A DNA stretch of 45,438 nt from Phoronis australis (Eukaryota > Animalia > Phoronida). The notes beneath the pieces are model-generated. The model made no database searches and had not been told where the DNA came from. It worked only from the letters and a program-made list of their open reading frames with translations. Positions 25,201-34,780 of this stretch are shown here, piece by piece. Within the stretch, counting starts at the first letter, position 1. Each line of letters opens with the position of its first letter. Where the stretch lies: the NCBI GenBank assembly GCA_002633005.1, contig NMRA01001093.1:11981-57418 (forward strand), read 5' to 3'. The translations under genes and the position numbers were made by a program.

Positions 25201-27539
25201 GCAGGAGCTCCATTGTTCTATTTTCTCGGACTTTTTGTCTCTCAGGGGCGGACCTTTTGCCCAATTCGTCAAATGGGGGGGCTCGTTCGAGCCCCCCGAG
25301 CCCCTTCAGGGTGCGCGCATGTAAAACATCAGTGTTATCGAAAGTTCATGTTCAAAACTCATCAGTGTGAGGCTGTTCAGTCTTGTTTGTCTTATGTTGC
25401 GTCTGAGCTCATTTTTGGTCCGTCTGAGTTTTAGAAATGAACGTTCGCCAATGTAACTAGTAACCACAGCAGAAAAGCAGAAAGGTTATCTTAACCATAT
25501 TTAGAGACCTTTATTCTAACTCATAAATCAACAAATCAAAAACAAGCTATGACAACTACTAAAAGTATGTATATATTTTGAAAGAAAAAAGATTAAAGAT
25601 TATATAACATGTTATATTTACATGTGCCATAACTATTTCTACGTTACCACCTTTTTAAGTAAAAATTTCATTTTTAAGAAAAGTACATTCATAGTGAATT
25701 AACCTCCTTGGTCGATTTTAATGAAATCTTTTTTAAATGAAAACTTCACAATTTACCTAAAAAAGCTCTTAGGAATTTCCGATTATTCGTTCAGTTTTGT
25801 TTCTATGCCAAATTAACTCGCAAAATATAAGATACTTTGTAAAAAATAGTATTCGCATTCGTCTATCTTACGCTATGCAAAAATCAGAGGTATAAAAGGA
25901 AAATCCTAATAGCTTTTTTGAGAAAGATTAAATAGTAAAACTGAAAAGTTTTAGTGAAATTCCCCTCGCCGTTTTCGAGAACTCGAGTTCGTGAGTGCAT
26001 ATTAAGTTGAGTTGCCGAAATCGAGAAAAAGCGCAAAAATTAGTAACGTGTCTTAAAAATCTGACGGTCATCGGTAAAATTATTTGGTGAAAACTTATTT
26101 TTGATCGCTATAACCTATACATGCCTTACTTATGTTCGCTATGTCAACATTTACTCGCTTACGAGACACGACTCCACGCAGTTGTCGGTTACAACGTATA
26201 CATTTGCATTTCTACTGGAAATTGGCGGTTCTGGCTGCCAATATGACTACCCAGATAAGTTTTCAGCAGTTCACACAACTGTGCTGAGACTTTCCTCCCA
26301 AGTCTTGAGGATATTTGTCGACGAGATTAGTTGGGATTGTTGCCGTTAATTTTGCCGGCTGTTAGAGTTTGCAGCTTTCGAAGTGATCCAAATACATTCA
26401 GCAAACTTCAAGGTGTTTATATTACAATAAGTACACAAAAATTCTAGTTTTAAATCTCGAAGACTGAGTTTGGGATTCAATAACATGGGCGCACCCAGGG
26501 GGTGAAACAAAAAGACCGGGTAAACGAGACAAAAGTCCACAAAATCCAGGGGAAGTCGGTGCTGATGCACAATTCGTGGGCCTGTATCTATTGGCTCCGT
26601 TTTTTTTTTCTTTAGTTCTCATTGATTTCATTCAGTAAAAGGAGAAAAGGTCTTCAAATCGAAAGATTCGAGCCCCCCAATATTTTAGGCTGGGTGCACG
26701 CATGAATAACTGGGTCGACACCAGCCAAACCTCCCGAAATGATTTCTCATACCCTCGAAGTATTTAAGTTGTTATTAACTATTGAATATGTCTTGGGTGC
26801 GGCGACGGGAATCGTAGTCGGGTTGTTACTCCGGAGGTTCGTTGCTCAGAAGATTTTATTTCCTGAGTATCGACCAACTCGAAGGAGAGACACAATAAAT
26901 ATCGTATTGTCTTCTTACTCCGAACGGCCTATATTTCAGTGGACCCTTTTGTTTCGCATCAATGAGTCTCTTCACAGCTCAAAGCTACAAAGATATTTGT
27001 ACGCCTACAACCAGGGTCCGACTTTATTCATTCTCTAAAATTTGGTGAACCCTATGCTTGAGCTGCGCCTCTTCATATACCGGGCGGACCCCTTGGGCTC
27101 GCAACCAAATACTCCGGTGACGAGACAATTAACCTGTTCACTGAGAAACGCTAGCTGATGGTCGAATTAGACGAATTCAGGATAATTCACTCACCCCTAA
27201 TCTGAAGCCTAGTGCTTATATCTCAAACATATACATTTTGGAGAGATCGGTTGAGCCAAGAATTCAAGCCCCATTTTGTAGGCTGGGTGCGCACATGCAG
27301 TAGATAAGACGTTGCTGTCAATTGTACCGATACGTAACATATATTACTTCTGCTACGTTGTTGATTCGACACAGCCTGAATCAAGTATCGTCCTAGTTCG
27401 TCCTACTTACCTTGATGAAGTACGGACTGCCGGTTTTATTCAAGGAGTAATTCCCCTTTAGAAGGGTCAAAGATATGTTGGTAGATGGCACCACCGAGTG
27501 CACGGATACCAGGAGCACGAGGAAAACCAAGCATCCCAT
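824..27539 (-). CDS. Multi-exon gene, Bark beetle/Anakonda-like extracellular protein (signal peptide, 3x G8-like/PbH1/CUB-like repeats, SRCR, MAM-like); 3' end unresolved
   Basis: Nine exons with GT-AG boundaries and matching phases (0,1,0,1,0,1,1,1) join into 5923 nt of open frame. The motif SPY-I...L-I-PGV-L-F...V-G-L-A-G[ST] occurs three times and N[WY]WG twice, resembling Bark-like proteins. Confidence 0.85.
1337..1412. repeat. Short tandem repeat (about 16 bp, aggggcacaactcct-like), about 5 copies
   Basis: Direct inspection. Confidence 0.7.
1540..2532 (+). mobile_element. Degraded HINE-like element with (GGTACAGA)n tract
   Basis: Repeated ggccactagg/gccaaatttc cores; octamer repeat about 1686-1738; end motif catccacattatgga similar to the end at 395-420. 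Confidence 0.55.
2533..2670. repeat. (AAT/AGT/AAC)n trinucleotide microsatellite
   Basis: Direct inspection. Confidence 0.95.
3369..3476 (-). CDS. Coding exon 8: MAM-like domain N-terminus
   Basis: Acceptor ttttgctttcag|AT, donor G|GTAACT; APCTFTGGFCDWT...QWHIVA matches the MAM C-x-F...C-x-W start; phase 1-1; not in the ORF track. Confidence 0.8.
4168..7053 (-). CDS. Coding exon 7 (2886 bp): SRCR end, PbH1 repeats, CUB-like segments, G8-like module 3
   Basis: Lies within the 978-aa ORF; acceptor ctatttcag|TT, donor T|GTAAGT; WAGV, NYWG, GGTVTGNLTLTAELSPYEI...KPGVELRF...GELYAVGT. Confidence 0.92.
7330..7975 (+). mobile_element. HINE-like core repeats (same family as 1-600)
   Basis: Segment gaaaacgggggatagcgtcatctcaccaacagatgcctat...ccaaatttt matches 85-135; several gccaaatttc units. 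Confidence 0.6.
8001..8109 (-). CDS. Coding exon 6: middle of SRCR domain
   Basis: Acceptor ctatacag|CCA, donor G|GTAAGT; PKLRLESLNFLCSLMGYDGQ... matches the SRCR 'C..LG[YF]' motif; phase 0-1 bridges exons 5 and 7. Confidence 0.85.
8595..10039 (-). CDS. Coding exon 5 (1445 bp): beta-helix repeats, G8-like module 2, SRCR N-terminus
   Basis: Lies within the 508-aa ORF; acceptor tttgcag|GT, donor ACT|GTAAGT; NWWG, GGHVNSTLVLTSSDSPYRI, VRL...VLEVQVDNRWGPVC. Confidence 0.92.
10090..11657. mobile_element. Tc1/mariner-pogo-type MITE (contains assembly gap)
   Basis: Perfect 24-bp TIRs ccgtaaacgttcgggttaacgccc (10090-10113 and 11634-11657), TA on both flanks, many subterminal gggcg(g/c)ttaa repeats. 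Confidence 0.85.
10606..11290. other. Assembly gap (N run)
   Basis: N characters. Confidence 1.
11658..11930. repeat. 63-bp minisatellite, about 4 copies
   Basis: tacactgaatgcagcctcactttt recurs with 63-bp period (11723, 11786, 11849). Confidence 0.9.
12080..12260 (+). mobile_element. Possible decayed LINE (CR1/L2-like) ORF2 3' end
   Basis: Frameshifted FINKVTNC / NSSP...SVTCQSF..KI.DK loosely resembles the 'FS.RV...WNSLP....S...FK..LDK' C-terminus. Confidence 0.3.
12385..13555. repeat. 44-bp minisatellite (cacttcctaacactagagacatggtatatattgtgttc...) split by an insertion
   Basis: Units at 12414, 12458 and 12502; the array resumes at about 13390-13555. Confidence 0.9.
12645..13387 (+). mobile_element. 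Solo-LTR-like element (12860-13387) plus a 5'-truncated copy (12645-12828)
   Basis: TGT...ACA ends with short inverted termini (tgtgagaatatg / catattccgaaca); internal AATAAA near 13292; 184-bp direct repeats at 12645-12828 and 13204-13387. Confidence 0.55.
13843..14272. repeat. Degenerate minisatellite of about 57 bp, about 7.5 copies
   Basis: catgtgttg...agaacaacatacagtccag...gatattac recurs near 13846, 13960, 14017, 14071, 14128, 14188 and 14245. Confidence 0.9.
14366..14612 (-). CDS. Coding exon 4: CUB-like segment
   Basis: Acceptor ttttgtgtag|GTT, donor G|GTAAGT; VFKAKNAGDEVFLEI...MEVRDGNSSKSELL...YQSTGGALWINM resembles the CUB motif EV-DG...S-G--L-I; phase 0-1. Confidence 0.85.
17624..17892 (-). 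CDS. Coding exon 3: PbH1 repeats and start of CUB-like segment
   Basis: Acceptor ttcctag|GT, donor CAG|GTTTGT; ...FTIRNSPADGLSI...NVIITNSRLSGL...FCSLQ...NCTQ; phase 1-0. Confidence 0.85.
18843..19555 (+). mobile_element. HINE-like element 5' end with tandem cores
   Basis: Starts aacaagagcaagg...tgcacccac; atggccac(c/a/t)aggag units near 18990, 19137, 19317 and 19464. Confidence 0.6.
20416..20701 (-). CDS. Coding exon 2: G8-like/beta-helix module 1
   Basis: Acceptor ttttacag|AAC, donor G|GTAAGT; NEHQNEFTTHILSTEVLMIDPGVQLMFPANYRLKVTGKIVAQGSPTEKIDF...; phase 0-1. Confidence 0.9.
20901..20972. repeat. 72-bp imperfect hairpin
   Basis: ggtcctagag...gttactgaacgcacg-g-cgtgcgttcagtaac...ctctaggacc. 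Confidence 0.85.
21171..21491. mobile_element. Fold-back (palindromic) MITE with TA ends
   Basis: taccttttgcgcatagagggacacctt ... aaggtgtccctctatgcgcaaaaggta; arms pair imperfectly for about 150 bp. Confidence 0.85.
22534..24461. mobile_element. hAT-type DNA element, copy A (gap inside)
   Basis: TIRs caggggcggatctacg / cgtagatccgccactg; 22534-23095 is nearly identical to 36614-37174 and 23971-24461 to 39203-39694. Confidence 0.8.
23096..23970. other. Assembly gap (N run)
   Basis: N characters. Confidence 1.
25108..25321. mobile_element. MITE with CATG-GCGCACCC TIRs and 5-bp TSD (TAAAA)
   Basis: taaaa|catgcgcgcaccc ... gggtgcgcgcatg|taaaa. Confidence 0.8.
26484..26704. mobile_element. MITE, same family, 5-bp TSD (AATAA)
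   Basis: aataa|catgggcgcacccag ... ctgggtgcacgcatg|aataa. Confidence 0.8.
27411..27539 (-). CDS. Coding exon 1: signal peptide and start of first G8-like module
   Basis: MGCLVFLVLLVSVHSVVPSTNISLTLLKGNYSLNKTGSPYFIK; donor AAG|GTAAGT; in-frame TGA just upstream of the ATG; acceptor ttttcag at 27561. Confidence 0.85.
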
Positions 27540-28629
27540 AGCTCACAACTGAGTCAACATCTGAAAAAGTAGCACAGCACGAATAAAGTAAAAAGCAATT
27601 GAATCTCGGTCGCCTAGGTAGTTTCCAAAACCTGACCCCTTCCAGATAATCCCGGACACCTTTCAGCACTAGAAAACACGCTGAGTTACGTTATCAAGAT
27701 TTTGCGGGGTACGGTCAGCATACGACGAATACCATGGCTATTGTTTATTGAGAACGACGCTCAGAAAACTGGTAAGCGAATTGAGCTAGTGCATCTATTC
27801 ATTTCATGGAACGGTTGTACACGAGGTTTCGACTGAATTAAATTATTACTTTTGTTGGATTAAGGGAGTCGCTGACCAGTCACTGTCCAGTATTTTCGAC
27901 TCGAGGCGTAGTTAAATGGTGTGGATTGATTGCACAGTAAATCAGCAATACCTACATTCAGACGATTCTGCAAAAAAAGTCACTGGGCTGCCCAGATAGC
28001 ATCAATTCTAAAAGTCGCACACGGCTAATGGGAGAGTCGGTGACGGGAGTGCGTAGATAAGGTTTCATAGTAGTCATTGTCCTGGTGTCATTTTAATTCA
28101 GTGAAGAACTACTCGCCTTTCCCATGACTGAAAAAACAAGAAGTCTAATGGGGAAAGAAAATAATTTTTTTTTACAGAAAATGAACTAACTTCTTTGCTT
28201 CTCGGCTCAAAACATCGCACATTTTTTTTCTGTTTAAGCACGCACGTTGCATAATTTTATATTCGGAAAATTCGACATCCATCTTTGTTTTTTGTTCAAC
28301 AGTCTTTGACTTTCACCAAGTGAACAATCGGTGAACAATCGGGGCACTGTCAAATTCCCGCGGCCTTACGGCTGTACATCAGTGCATGTTGAATTAACCA
28401 ATTAACCCGGGATAATACGTTGGCATGAGCTTGTCCTCTTTCAGTTTAATTTTTTAAATAGAGTCATTGGTCTGAAACATTTCAGTTTATGAAACCAGTA
28501 TACAATAGCAGCCAATGGTCTATCAAGTTTATTTGTTCCCAGATATCTTATTTATTGTGATTTTGATATGGCTCCCGTACATTGATCTCGAGACACCAGC
28601 CTTTTGCTTGCCTGATCTTGCGTGATCCC

Positions 28630-29070
28630 GCTAGAAACTTTATTTACGGAATGCTACTTATGTGAAAGGGTGCTTATGGAGGTTGAGAAGAGCGGCCTTC
28701 CTGACACGTACAAGGCATGTTTAATTCACCAGCATGGTTTTGTCTCGGGCTTTGTAAGGTGTAATGTTATAAGCTATCTCAATATCTGCAGCTGAAGGCC
28801 TCGCGAGAGCAGTGCCCAAGTCGCTGAGGAAAAACAATACTGTCACTACGAGGTTAAGCGGCAGTAGTCAAGTTCGAAGAATCAATTGCCAAATTTAACA
28901 AACAACCTGAAATGGTTTAGAAGACACAGTCGCACATGCCAAAAGGTCATTGGGTGGACGCCACAGTAGTTGTAAACGTCCGAAAATCTACTTCAGTCGT
29001 TTCCTCCGTCACAGCACCACCTATGTGGAAACGTAGCACTGGAAAAGAGTGTTGACATGCGACTGTCAAT
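28630..29070 (+). mobile_element. Decayed non-LTR retrotransposon remnant (HERO/NeSL-like region downstream of RT)
   Basis: Frameshifted EVEKSGLPDTYKACLIHQHGF, ISISAAEGLARAVPKSLRK and WKRSTGKE resemble my recollection of the HERO-clade motif IDKSGLPG.FKAWIYQHG...VE.LER.I...LRRW. Confidence 0.5.
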
Positions 29071-29219
29071 TTTCATATTGACCCTCTTAGCGGTTTCACG
29101 GAAACGAGAATTGGATGACAAAAACAATAAGAAAAGAGCACGCTGAAAGCAATTCAGAGGCATTTGCAAAAACTGAAATTGTTCGGGGGCCACAGCGGTA
29201 ATCAGGTCCGCTCAAAGGT

Positions 29220-29680
29220 TGTGGGCAACGTTAATAGGAAAATACAAGCAGAATTTTACAAAAAAACCTGCAAAGCGCAACAGTAGTCAGATTCGCCCGA
29301 AAATCGAAGTCACCCATGGTCTTCTCATCAGGAACACATATCTCATAAGTTTCATTATGATCCGTCGAAAGGTTTGACGGACAAAGTGGCGGACGCCAAA
29401 AATGGACACTGAACAATAAAAATGGTCACTAGTTGGCGCAAAATAAGCCGAATCAATCGGATTGCAGAACGTCCTCGTCTTCTAATAGAAAATTTGTCAT
29501 GGAACTCTAAAGAAACAGGTATAAACGGCGTAAAAATGAAAATTACCAGAAGGGGGAAAAGCAGTAATCGACTTCGTACAAGAATCACCGTCCTTTGTTG
29601 TCACATTCGCCAAATTGCGTAAAACTCCTGTGAGAGGTTAGGAGATGCAGTCGAGGATTCAAAAAGGTGTGAAAAGGCTC
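29220..29680 (+). mobile_element. HINE-like core repeats
   Basis: catggtcttctcatcaggaacaca matches about 2255-2278; aaaatggtcactagttggcgcaaaa matches 43-66. Confidence 0.55.
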
Positions 29681-32480
29681 CGAAAGTCGTTATTTCGAAT
29701 ATAGGCGCATGGATGGACCTAAGACGTGCCAATACGGTTATACAAAACTGGCATCTCTTCTTGTACTGCTTCAGGTTTAGTGGGTTAAGTATTCAGTTAT
29801 CCAAGAATACTTATTCTTATTCTTATGAAGTGAAATTCACATGTACAAAACAAGAAAATAATGTTTGAGTGTATTTTCTACTCTAAGTTAGTAAGAAAAC
29901 GAAATAACGGTAAATGCTCAGACCAAGTAACATTTTGTACCAGAAGGCTCCATAATTTCGCAAAATGTCATGCAAGAACCAATCTTTAGACCATGGCAAT
30001 AAATTCCACTACAAATTTGTTTTTGATTACAATGGCAATGAAACCAAACATTTGCCTTTAGGTTCATTTTGATGTAGAGATCTAACGAACTTGTACTGTT
30101 TTAAATCCAAAATGGCTTTAAATCCACGTTTGATTTCCATTTTCCGCTTTCTGTTAAATACGACATTTCATCATCTCAGTATTTATTTGTGCCCTGCGTT
30201 ACTTTATTTAACATGCACGCCACCGGTCTGACCTCAAAATGGCATATTTATTGTTTGCTTTTCATTTGTTTGAGTACTAATAGCTAGGTCAAGGTTATGA
30301 AAAGCAAATATTTATGGTAGTCAAATGACCTCGTATTTCACAGAGCTAAAAACAATTTTCTAAGAGTTCAGTATAATAAATAAATATAAATACAACAACG
30401 TGTGAGCAACCTTGTCTATCGTTGGCAAATGAGAGAACGTTACGCAAGTAAATTAGGTGCGATTGTTATCAGTGTAACTTAGCTTTTAACGGCGTAAAAT
30501 ATTTTTTACGGTGTAAATTAATTTTCAGTGGTGCAACTTTGTGTAGAAATCTGCGTTCCGAGGACGTAGGACACTCGCGACAAATCAACCGACGCTGCTG
30601 TCATGCAAATCGTTTTTGAACCACTTTCATAATTGCCCTGTCGTGGTATATTACGTTTAGTTGGTGATCTTTAATACCTACGGAAGCGTATTTCTAGGGA
30701 TTTCCAACTGAGTGCTCCTGTCCGGCAAAAAAATTAAAGTTCAGTCAGTCTTGAAATCACCGTCTGTTATCTGGTCATTAGACAAAACTTACACTTAGCG
30801 CTGATTATCGGGATTTGAAGAAATGGTAGCTATTAACATTCACTAACCGCATCGCGCTCAAGAAATTAGCTTACAATAAGCAACAGATCTAGAGATGTGA
30901 CAAGAGGTCACATGTTACAAAAAGGAGAAAAAACTGCAGATGCAGAATATATATCCACGAAACAAAATATGGCCTGGTCAATCTGCCACATGAGCATCTT
31001 GCTCGAAGTAGCTCATTGCACGTTAAACGCGGAATATTTATGTGAAATCGGGTCCGACTAGGACATCTGATCAGAGGGCGTTGGCGTCTTATGAATAATT
31101 TGCGTAATTAACATTAATGCGCGTAATGGTGATATTCTGGTCAATATGTAGTGCGATCACCATGAGCGGCCAGAGTCTACCCATATAAATAATGTCATTA
31201 TGTAGGATGTATGCTTCTTACGATAAGACGAGTTGATCTGCTGTGATGTTTGGAGGAGTGGGCGACAGGAAAGCTTATCAGACGTCACGTGTATTTTTTA
31301 CTAGGCGACGGATCCGAGTCGTCCAATCTCAGAAGGCAGCTAGATCGTAAGGTGTGAATGTTGTACAATTAGGTCAAAGAATGTAGCGTGAAATTGGTTC
31401 TGGTCTGCGCCCGACTCCTCGTCCGTATCACTTTTTGCGAAGTGCCTATGCAAACCTAAGTTTTTAGCAGAGTGGCTTGGACAACTTAATTAGCAACAAT
31501 TACCTTTTATATCATATTAAAGTAGGCCCAAATACTGAGAAATTGTTTAAAAAGGTGTTTACTTAGATTTAGCTGCCAAAAACGAACAATGAATGTGTAA
31601 GCCCACGTATGCTAAAATCGAAACCAACCAGACTACATCAGTCGCCGGAGTTGCTGTCTTATTCGGCAACGATTCAAAGTCGGATGAGCTACGTTTTTAA
31701 ACTTCAAAGTGTTTTCGTTCAGAATTCAGCACTAAACTAAAAGCTAAAAATCCGGCAGAGAAACGAGACTAGTTTTCTAATTGATGCGGTTTTGAGAAAG
31801 CAAACTAATCGTTACAAAACTGTTCTCAACATGATGTCTGGCTTGGAACCTAGCCAGCTTGGAACGAATGAGTCGCCGTTTGTTCTTCGAGTTGATCGAC
31901 ACATGATCCACCGCAAGGGAACTTCGAGCGCCGGTCTCAAAACGCAACTCAGTCACGGTGGCCATAAACACTAGATAGCTATTTGCTCGCCATTAAAGGC
32001 GCGGATTTAAAGCTTTCCTGTGGCGTTTGCGGAGTTTTTTGAATTCTGCCATCAATGCGATATGGTAGATTTGTTTACAGTAGGGGCTACTGCAGTAGTT
32101 TTTAGACCTTGTTCGTGCATGACCTGCTTTATACTCACTTGCCGCAATTTTTAGCCGTCTATTCCTACACTTGCTCCCGGTTATGCGGAGATTCCTGTAA
32201 CGGGAATGGAATACATGCACTGTGAGATTTTAGCAAATAAAATGAGAGGTCATATAAAATGCAAACTGTTTCCGGACGGACGGAAAAATCCCAGGAGATT
32301 CTTACGGTGGGTAGGGATGAAGGTTACACCAATCAGCAAAACCAGTACGTGTCGGGCATACATCTCAGTGAGGTACACTCCGATAAAATCGCAGAGTCCC
32401 GGAGTGGCTGTAAAGCCGCACGAAGATTGTGAACAGAGGCGGTCTAAAGCCTGGGTTCAATCAGGCACAGGCGAACTTAC

Positions 32481-32570
32481 CTGTAATGGTCAGTCAAAAT
32501 CAACAAAATGAAGAGAAAATGAGCTACTGAGCCTCGCCTCGTACACAATCCGAAGCAGAATGCGGAAACT
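32481..32570 (-). other. Candidate non-coding 5' UTR exon of the large gene (upstream boundary unknown)
   Basis: Perfect donor CAG|GTAAGT at 32481/32480; the ATG-containing exon has a strong acceptor at 27561, implying an upstream exon. The pairing is inferred. Confidence 0.35.
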
Positions 32571-33766
32571 CACTGACAGGTTGGCCTTTTAAGTACATGT
32601 GTGAGCACTCCCTATGATATGAGAGCATGTCAGAGCCAAGCAATAGGTCACCTAGCCTTTTGTAGTGCTCATTGTGTAGGACTGTGATCAAGGTGAGGAT
32701 TATGTTTACCGCCGCATTCAGTCATCCGATCGAAGCTGAATGCTTGGGCTGCGTTCCGCAGGAGACGCAACACTCGCCAGTAAACATAGTATGGTCACGT
32801 GAAACACGGTCATGCATGCTGACCTCTCGCGAAGCCTTGCGTGATTTTGGGTTTTGCAAGTCTTTCACGACAGCGTATGGAACTTAACACTGGTTTTCCG
32901 GCGGTATCGGTCCGACCCCGGCACACTAATTCAATACCTGCCAGACCTAAATCAGTTAAAAACAAGTATTTCGCCTCCCCTTTCACAACAAATTGCTTGT
33001 TTTGTGCGCGACTCAGTACATTTTTTGTAATCTGATAACAGATCTATTGTAAACACGAAGTAGGCCTACTTAATCAGCAAAATAGTGCACACCACTCGGA
33101 GTCTGCGGCTATCCGGCCGCGGCGCCCGCCACACCATGAAAAGCGATGATAAACAACACAAAGAAAGTGCACGTTTAACCGACGGCTCATCGTTTCATAT
33201 TGTACTTTTATAAACTAGCGTACTGATTTCATTTTACTGGTGTACTGGCGTTATTTTCGATACATTTACTCGTAGGCCTACTTCACGTTTGGCATGCTAT
33301 CCGACAGACATCCCTCGGCACGTATGTGCCGGTGTGAACACCAAATGCTTAACTTTAAGTTGCAGTTTCAGTTTCGTTTCTTGGAGACAGTACTTCCAGT
33401 TCCTAGAACTGCCTTGTTTGATTGGTTGGGTGTTACATAAGTTGTCTTATCGTGTTGATATTAGTTCCACCCAGATTCAATTTCAGTCGGTCTTGGCTCA
33501 TTTTCTATTCATGCACCACTTCACGGTACAATAGAACTACTGACACGCAGCCTCGTTGTTTCAGTCCGAGAACCTTCATACTCATAAGGTCGTCAACCGT
33601 GCGTAGATGTGAAGTCCTTGACGAAACGCCTGGCACCCGTTCAGTACAGTGGCGGATCTAGGATATCACAAGGGGGCCAACATTTTGTCCGGCTGTAAGC
33701 ATTTGCGCAAACCACGATTGTAGATGCGTATAGCATGGGGGGAGGTCGGGAAGGGGGTTTGCCCCA

Positions 33767-33823
33767 GATTTGAACTCACGACTTGGCGGATAGAGCGCGC
33801 GTGCTTTACCACTACACCACCAC
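33767..33823 (-). mobile_element. tRNA-derived SINE head adjoining a hAT-like TIR fragment that starts at 33647
   Basis: Minus strand A box TGGTGTAGTGG and B box GAGTTCAAATC; no complete cloverleaf. Confidence 0.5.
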
Positions 33824-34268
33824 GATTTAACTACTAATCTTTTGCTGATGAGACTTACTTGTTTATGTTCCACAGCGTTTGCGCGCGAAACCTATACTTC
33901 TTTTTGTAATGCTACATTTAGTGCAATCGGTTCTTAGTAACAAATTTGTTGTATTTAAAATAGTCTTTAAATGCCCAATAGACCAAATCCGTTTTTCGTG
34001 TTGGCAATAATGACGGGATTACTTCCGCCCCGTGNGGTGTATAATTTTAGCACCATCTCTGAGGGCATTAAAGGAGAAGGCAACCTTTTCTCGTGTCATT
34101 TTTAGCAAAAATAAGGTACGTTGATTATCCCAGACATATTTTTCAGTTAATTACAGCTTTTTGTAATTTAAATAATTACTCGTCTGCTACTCCGGAAGTG
34201 ACGTTTTGGGTGGCATGAATTTCGCGCTGTCTTTTCATATAAACCGACTGTGAGAGCTGCGTAGTCAG

Positions 34269-34780
34269 TCATCGCTCTACCTCGGTTGTGATAAGTTCGG
34301 TCGTCGTTTGCTTTTGTTTACGAGTCAGTCAATATGTCACACTGCTGCTGCGTGCCGGGATGTACTCATTATCGTCCTCACGGACAGAGGAACAACTGTC
34401 CCACTTGCCCGAGTGTTCCGCGACACACTCTCACTGGATGGTTACCCGAGCACACAAACTGCTTACATCCCATCGTGTGACTCCCTCGCCACACACCTGG
34501 CACCTTCTAAATAGCTCCAATACTTTAGACAAGTCCACAATAAACTTACCAATGTTTAGCTCTCCGATCCGTGTTCATTGGACGACGAACTGACCTCTTC
34601 TCTAACTGGGCCTGTATTCACTCCCGCTACTCATCATCGCAGCACGGCTGCTTACAGGCTCAGGGCGATAATGAATATATCCCGGTAGCAGCAACAGTGT
34701 GGCATGTTGACTGACTCCGGCGTAAACAAAGTCAAAAGCAAACGACGACCGAATTTATCACAATCGAGATAGAACAATGA
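34269..34780. repeat. Inverted repeat, arms about 110 bp, spacer about 280 bp
   Basis: ttgtgataagttcggtcgtcgtttgctttt...tcattatcgtcct versus agggcgataatga...aaaagcaaacgacgaccgaatttatcacaa. Confidence 0.85.

Noticed and set aside
25490-26055. Kolobok-like MITE between TTAA sites
   Set aside because: Composition is suggestive but matching TIRs could not be demonstrated.
27733-27780. Divergent plus-strand gene start (accATGG and donor CTG|GTAAGC)
   Set aside because: The ATG frame stops after five codons and no downstream plus-strand exons were found.
31600-32220. Possible decayed coding or transposon sequence on the minus strand
   Set aside because: Short ORFs with no motif I can recognise.
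33767-33823. Functional tRNA genes (also 43470-43543)
   Set aside because: A and B boxes are present but stems are degenerate; better explained as SINE heads.
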